In this document: positions 59,033-64,000 of the stretch, piece by piece | How the letters are laid out: the number at the start of each line of letters is the position of its first letter | How positions within the stretch are numbered: the first letter of the stretch is position 1 | Virus record (IMG/VR): IMGVR_UViG_3300027974_001778 | Location: 1 to 64,000 of that record | DNA from: an uncultured virus (IMG/VR IMGVR_UViG_3300027974_001778) | Taxonomy: Duplodnaviria > Heunggongvirae > Uroviricota > Caudoviricetes | Reading direction: 5' to 3' (one strand) | DNA: 64,000 bases | Position numbers and translations under genes: made by a program | The notes under the pieces: generated by a model | Databases searched by the model: none | Told to the model about the DNA's origin: nothing | Seen by the model: the letters and a program-made list of their open reading frames with translations, nothing else

Positions 59033-60017
59033 TATTTTTGAGGAAGAAATTCCAAAATTAAAAGAAGGTCAATTACTTGTCTCAATGAAATCTGTTGGAA
59101 TATGTGGTTCCGACATGCATTACTTTAAAGAAGGAGGACTAGGTTCCTTCAAAAATCCTCTACCAATGTACATGGGTCACGAGCCTTCAGGGGTTATAGT
59201 TGACTCTAACGGGTCTAAATTATTCAAAGATGGTGATAGAGTCGCAGTTGAACCTGGGATGCCGTGTGTCACCTCTTATTGGTCTTTAAAGGGTAAACAT
59301 AACTTATGTGATAAAGGAACTTTTATGGGAGCTAATGCACAAGGTGCGTTTGCCGACTATGTTATAGTTGAAGAATTACAATTAGTTAAAATTCCAGATT
59401 CAATGTCCTTTAACTTGGCAAGTTTACTTGAACCTCTTGGGGTTTGTCTACACACTGCAAATTTACTCGAACCAAAATTTACTGAATCAGCAACTATATT
59501 TGGAGCGGGTCCTATTGGTTTGTGTATGTTTTCTATATTAAAGAAGGCTGGTGTTAAAGATATTTTTATGATAGACAAATTACCATATAGAGTTAAGTTT
59601 GCAAAAGACTTCGGAGCAACAGAATCATTCTTACTTGCCGATGACTACACAAAAAAAATCAAAGAATTAACAGGAGGTATGGGAACTACAATGTCTATTG
59701 ACACAGGAGGTACAACAGAATCTATTGATGGATGTATTAATGTTGCGGCGGTTAATGGTAAAGTTGCATTAATTGGAATCCCTGAATCAGATTTTGTAAC
59801 ATACAATCCTCATAGAATGAGGACTAAAGAACTGACAATTAAAAATGTTAGAAGGTCAAATCAAACTTTGGAAGACTGTGTTAAAAACTATACAGGAGAC
59901 AATGAGATTGAAAAAATTATTTCACATGAATTTGAATTTAACGACATTCAAAAAGCGTTTGATACCGTTGCTGATTATAAAGACCAAATCTTAAAATGCA
60001 TAATAAAAAATAACTAA
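58989..60017 (+). CDS. Zn-dependent medium-chain (polyol/sorbitol-type) dehydrogenase
   Basis: GICGSDMHY, GHE, GDRVAVEP, EPLGV, GAGPIG. Confidence 0.9.
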   Translation: MKNRVAKLTQIRKIDIFEEEIPKLKEGQLLVSMKSVGICGSDMHYFKEGGLGSFKNPLPMYMGHEPSGVIVDSNGSKLFKDGDRVAVEPGMPCVTSYWSLKGKHNLCDKGTFMGANAQGAFADYVIVEELQLVKIPDSMSFNLASLLEPLGVCLHTANLLEPKFTESATIFGAGPIGLCMFSILKKAGVKDIFMIDKLPYRVKFAKDFGATESFLLADDYTKKIKELTGGMGTTMSIDTGGTTESIDGCINVAAVNGKVALIGIPESDFVTYNPHRMRTKELTIKNVRRSNQTLEDCVKNYTGDNEIEKIISHEFEFNDIQKAFDTVADYKDQILKCIIKNN

Positions 60018-60018
60018 T

Positions 60019-60627
60019 ATGAAATTAAATTTAGATTATACAGGTGATAGTAGATGGGAACAAATGTCTGACATACATAAGACATCGTTACCAATACCTA
60101 ACTTATTTGTTAGTTTACTTTACCAGTACCAAGACAAAATCCCAAACTTAAACGAAATAAACTTCGCAATTGAAACTGGAACTCACGACGCAAGAACTTC
60201 AATATTCTTGGCTGAACATTTTGATGTTGCATTTACAGTAGAATTATTTCCTGACCGTAATCCTTATGATGGAAGAAGTTATAGAGAAACATATCAAAAA
60301 CTTTCTGAACAATACGGTAACCTTACTTTCTTAGAAGGTAATTCAGGCGATGTATTAAAATCTGTATTAGAAGAATTACCTGATGAAAGATTCTTTATCT
60401 TATTGGACGCTCACAGTATGCTAGATGGTCCATTAAAAGAAGAATTAGGGGCTATTAAATCGGCAAGTAACCGTAATGACCATGTAATGTTAATTGACGA
60501 CTGTAGAGACTTAGGACAAGGTAATTTCCCAACACTACAAGAATTTAAAGATGCGTTATATAACATTAACCCTGATTATACAATCATAAACACAATGGAA
60601 GGTAACCACGTTTACTTAATATATTAA
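60019..60627 (+). CDS. methyltransferase-like protein
   Basis: IETGT, TVEL, EGNSG, LDAH, IDD pattern. Confidence 0.55.
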   Translation: MKLNLDYTGDSRWEQMSDIHKTSLPIPNLFVSLLYQYQDKIPNLNEINFAIETGTHDARTSIFLAEHFDVAFTVELFPDRNPYDGRSYRETYQKLSEQYGNLTFLEGNSGDVLKSVLEELPDERFFILLDAHSMLDGPLKEELGAIKSASNRNDHVMLIDDCRDLGQGNFPTLQEFKDALYNINPDYTIINTMEGNHVYLIY

Positions 60628-60628
60628 T

Positions 60629-61564
60629 ATGAAAAAATATATAATAACAACAACAATTAATGAGCCAACAGAGGCAACCATTAAGTTTTGTGAAATTGCA
60701 GATAAAAAAGATTTTACATTTGTAATTGTTGGAGATACAAAACTCCCACATGAATCATATGAAAAACTTGTTAAGAACTACCTTAATGTAGTTTATCTAA
60801 CACCAGTTAAACAAGAACATTTATATCCTGAATTATCTGAGATTATTGGTTGGAAAACAATTCAAAGAAGAAATATCGGATTAGTTTACGCATATCAAAG
60901 TGGAGCAGAAATTATTGCAACAGTTGATGATGATAATATACCATATGAATTCTGGGGTGACAACATATTACTGGGTCAAGAAATTGAGGTAGATGAATAT
61001 GAAAACTTGTCATGTCCTTACTTCGACGCAATTTCAACCACAGAACATAATGACTTGTGGCATAGAGGATTTCCAATCGAATATCTACAAGTAAAAAATA
61101 ACATTGAATACAAAGGGAAAACAAAAATTACCCCGATGGTTCAAGCAGAATTTTGGGACGGTGACCCAGATATTGACGCAATTTGTCGATTAAGTAAAAA
61201 ACCAATCGTAAAATTTAATTCATTTGAACCATTCACAACAAAACAACTTACACCATTTAACTCACAAAATACATTCATACATAGAGATGTCCTTAAACAT
61301 TACTCTGTCTTTCCTTATGCAGGTAGAATGGATGACATTTGGGGGTCCTATGTCTTACAACATCATTTTCCAAACTCTGTCATATTTGCAAAAGCGTCAG
61401 TCTATCAGGCGAGAAACCCGCAAGACCTTGTCAAAAATTTAGAGAACGAAGTGATTGGTTACAGAGGAACACTTAACCTTTTAGATAATCTAAAAGACTA
61501 TAGGGATTTACTTCCCACTAAAACTGTCGAATATTTCGATATATACCAAAAGTATTTTAACTAA
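60629..61564 (+). CDS. STELLO/RGP(GT75)-like protein
   Basis: ITTTIN, VGDTK, RRNIG, VDDDN, RGFP, DPDIDAI, FNSQNT, RMDDIW. Confidence 0.75.
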   Translation: MKKYIITTTINEPTEATIKFCEIADKKDFTFVIVGDTKLPHESYEKLVKNYLNVVYLTPVKQEHLYPELSEIIGWKTIQRRNIGLVYAYQSGAEIIATVDDDNIPYEFWGDNILLGQEIEVDEYENLSCPYFDAISTTEHNDLWHRGFPIEYLQVKNNIEYKGKTKITPMVQAEFWDGDPDIDAICRLSKKPIVKFNSFEPFTTKQLTPFNSQNTFIHRDVLKHYSVFPYAGRMDDIWGSYVLQHHFPNSVIFAKASVYQARNPQDLVKNLENEVIGYRGTLNLLDNLKDYRDLLPTKTVEYFDIYQKYFN

Positions 61565-62658
61565 TGAAAAAAATAGTAGTATTAGGAGGCGGAGGGTTCA
61601 TAGGTGGACATCTTGCCAAAAGATTAAAAGAAGAAGGAAATCACGTACGAGTATGTGATATTAAAAAACACGAATACTTCTTTCAAGACGAGTTCTGTCA
61701 TGAATTTATATTAGGGGACTTAACAGACCCTAAAGTTGTTGAGCTTGTTATTGAAGAAGGAGTCGATGAAGTTTATCAACTTGCTGCCGACATGGGAGGA
61801 GCATTATACATCTTTACAGGTGAGAATGACGCTAATGTTATGTATAACTCAGCAACAATTAACCTAAATGTTGCACACGAATGTGTTAAGAAAAAAGTTA
61901 AAAAAGTATTCTATTCATCATCAGCATGTATGTATCCTGAACACAATCAGTTGGACCCATTAAATCCAAACTGTGAAGAATCTTCAGCATACCCTGCAAA
62001 TCCTGATTCAGAATATGGATGGGAAAAATTATTCTCCGAAAGATTATATTTGGCTTTCCATAGAAACTATGGTTTAGATGTTAGAGTTGCAAGATTCCAT
62101 AACATCTTTGGGCCACAAGGTACATGGACAGGTGGTAGAGAAAAATCACCAGCAGCAATGTGTAGAAAAGTTGTGGAGGCTAAAGACGGAGATGTAGTCG
62201 AAGTTTGGGGTAATGGAATGCAAACTCGTTCATTCTTATACGTAGATGAATGTGTTGAGGCAGTATTAAGATTAATGGAAAGTGACTTTACAGGTCCTGT
62301 TAATATTGGTAGTGAAGAAATGGTTACAATTAATCAACTTGCAGGAATGGCAATAGCAATATCGGATAAAAATATTGAAATCAAAAATATTGATGGTCAA
62401 GAATTTATTGACAAGTACGGATTTAAATGTCCTTTAGGTGTTAAGGGAAGAAATTCTGACAATAAACTTTATAGAGAAAAAGTTGGTTGGGAAGTTAGTG
62501 AACCCTTATCTATTGGTTTGAAAAAAACTTACCAATGGATTAAGTCACAAGTTGACAAAAAAGAAATTGAAACTCCATGGATTTATGAAAGTCCTGACGG
62601 TGGAAAAACAGTCTATAGACGAGAACCTCAAAGTTCCGATAGACATAAAATCAAATAA
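61564..62658 (+). CDS. GDP-mannose 3',5'-epimerase-like NAD-dependent SDR
   Basis: GGGGFIG, LAADMGG, YSSSACMYP, YGWEK, RFHNIFGP, REKSPAAMCRK, GRNSDN. Confidence 0.88.
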   Translation: MKKIVVLGGGGFIGGHLAKRLKEEGNHVRVCDIKKHEYFFQDEFCHEFILGDLTDPKVVELVIEEGVDEVYQLAADMGGALYIFTGENDANVMYNSATINLNVAHECVKKKVKKVFYSSSACMYPEHNQLDPLNPNCEESSAYPANPDSEYGWEKLFSERLYLAFHRNYGLDVRVARFHNIFGPQGTWTGGREKSPAAMCRKVVEAKDGDVVEVWGNGMQTRSFLYVDECVEAVLRLMESDFTGPVNIGSEEMVTINQLAGMAIAISDKNIEIKNIDGQEFIDKYGFKCPLGVKGRNSDNKLYREKVGWEVSEPLSIGLKKTYQWIKSQVDKKEIETPWIYESPDGGKTVYRREPQSSDRHKIK

Positions 62659-62664
62659 CATATA

Positions 62665-63405
62665 ATGGCAAGAGGCACCAAAAGAACTCCATCAACAACA
62701 CCAACAACAACAAGTGAAGTTATGGTAACAAGAACGAAAAAAGAATTAATTTGTTCAATTGTTAAAAGAAAGACTAAAGAAAAATTTTTATCTGAAAGTC
62801 AAAAAGAGTATTACAATAAACTAGAAACAAACCAAATTACAATATGTTCGGGGCCTGCTGGAGTTGGTAAGAGTTACATCGCAATGAAGGCGGCTGTAGA
62901 CTTATTAGTTGACCCAAAAACTCCTTATGAAAAAATTATTATTGTAAGACCCGCAGTTGAGGCAGAAGAAAAATTAGGGAGTTTACCAGGAGGTGTTGAA
63001 GAAAAATTAGACCCTTACATATTCCCATCTTATTATTTATTAAATAAAATTATTGGTAAAGAATCAAGAGAAAAATTAAAAGATGTTGAAGCGATTGAAG
63101 TTTTTGCATTAGCTTATATGAGAGGGATGAATATTGATAATTCAATATTAATTTTTGAAGAAGCTCAAAATTCAACTCCAAGTCAAATGAAACTTTTGTT
63201 AACAAGAATTGGATTTAATTCTAAATTTTTTATTTCAGGTGACTTAGAACAATTTGATAGACATAAAGATAAAACTCAAACTGGATTATGGGACGCTCTT
63301 CAAAAATTTCAAGGTATGAATGATATTGGAGTATTTGAATTTAGTTCTGATGATATTGTAAGAAATCCATTGATTACAAAAATATTAAAAAGATACGAAG
63401 AATGA
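62665..63405 (+). CDS. phoH: PhoH-family ATPase
   Basis: GPAGVGKS, RPAVEA, LAYMRG, EEAQN, LTRIG, GDLEQ, IVRNPLI. Confidence 0.93.
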   Translation: MARGTKRTPSTTPTTTSEVMVTRTKKELICSIVKRKTKEKFLSESQKEYYNKLETNQITICSGPAGVGKSYIAMKAAVDLLVDPKTPYEKIIIVRPAVEAEEKLGSLPGGVEEKLDPYIFPSYYLLNKIIGKESREKLKDVEAIEVFALAYMRGMNIDNSILIFEEAQNSTPSQMKLLLTRIGFNSKFFISGDLEQFDRHKDKTQTGLWDALQKFQGMNDIGVFEFSSDDIVRNPLITKILKRYEE

Positions 63406-63992
63406 GAATAGGAATAGAATTAAACGGAGTTCTTCGAGATACGCTCAGAAAAATTCAACAAGAATATGAGAAATGGTATATTGAAAATTCTTTTAATGAA
63501 GATGAAGAATTTAAATATGAAGTTATAACAAAATTAACAAGTTTAGAAATATCCAAACATCTTAAATTTAAAAATGAAGATGAGTTATATGATTTTTTAT
63601 ATAAAGAACATACGATGGAAATTTTTGGACATGCTGGTTCTGTAGAAACTTCAGGAATGATGGACTTTAATGATTTTTATTTAGATGTTAGGGATAACCA
63701 CGATATTACAATAGTTTCTGATGAAATTGGTAAATCAAAACCAGCGTCATTATTCTTTATTTCTAAATTTGGGTGTTTAGTAGAATCTATTAAGTTCTAT
63801 AGTGAAAGTACAATTAATTCACTTTGGGAGTCTATAGACATTTTACTTACCGCAAATCCTAAACTATTATTAAATCATCCTGAAAATAAAACAGTTATTA
63901 AGTATAATACCGCTTATAATTCAGATATAAAAACCGAGTATGAGATTTCAACAATCAAAGAACTCAAATCAAAAATAGACGAAATAGTATGA
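63402..63992 (+). CDS. 5'(3')-deoxyribonucleotidase-like HAD-fold protein, degenerate motif I
   Basis: IGIELNGVLRD N-terminus, YN near the C-terminus; common neighbour of phoH in large phages. Confidence 0.55.
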   Translation: MRIGIELNGVLRDTLRKIQQEYEKWYIENSFNEDEEFKYEVITKLTSLEISKHLKFKNEDELYDFLYKEHTMEIFGHAGSVETSGMMDFNDFYLDVRDNHDITIVSDEIGKSKPASLFFISKFGCLVESIKFYSESTINSLWESIDILLTANPKLLLNHPENKTVIKYNTAYNSDIKTEYEISTIKELKSKIDEIV

Positions 63993-64000
63993 TAAATGTA

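Noticed and set aside
46190..62658. Bacterial O-antigen/capsule locus joined by misassembly
   Set aside because: No wzx/wzy/ABC export genes are present, base composition looks the same as the flanks, and the cluster is interleaved with phage-type dUTPase, exonuclease and phoH. Read mapping would be the final check.
1..64000. Alternative genetic code (stop-codon reassignment) as seen in some large phages
   Set aside because: Standard-code ORFs tile the window densely, including a 2593-aa ORF, and TAG and TGA both end genes at sensible positions.
1..64000. tRNA or rRNA genes
   Set aside because: Intergenic gaps are short and none shows a cloverleaf or T-loop signature by eye; tRNAscan was not run.

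Overview
AT-rich 64-kb segment of a large contractile-tailed dsDNA phage (T4-like or jumbo-type myovirus), read with the standard genetic code. It has four parts. (1) 1-24.6 kb, mostly minus strand: a gp32-like SSB, very large baseplate/hub proteins (one with an OmpA-like domain), a tape-measure-like protein, a tail-assembly chaperone with a probable frameshifted extension, tail tube, sheath and neck/terminator genes. (2) 24.7-32.7 kb: an SNF2 helicase, a superoxide dismutase fused to a nuclease-like domain, a neck protein and a family-B DNA polymerase. (3) 32.7-43.4 kb: four glycosyltransferases, including a GT60/Gnt1-type polypeptide GlcNAc-transferase, directly downstream of five co-oriented genes for modular proteins with mucin-like Thr-Pro or Ser-Gly-Thr repeats. 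This is a candidate phage-encoded mucin-type O-glycosylation system and the most interesting signal here. (4) 43.4-64 kb, plus strand: hypothetical genes, a WYL protein and a ~16-kb glycan-biosynthesis cluster, followed by PhoH. Non-coding signals include a recurrent TATTTAT motif upstream of structural genes (probable late promoter), promoters compatible with both sigma70 and Bacteroidota consensus, terminators, and hairpins that sequester start codons. All protein calls come from motif recognition by eye, not from database searches.
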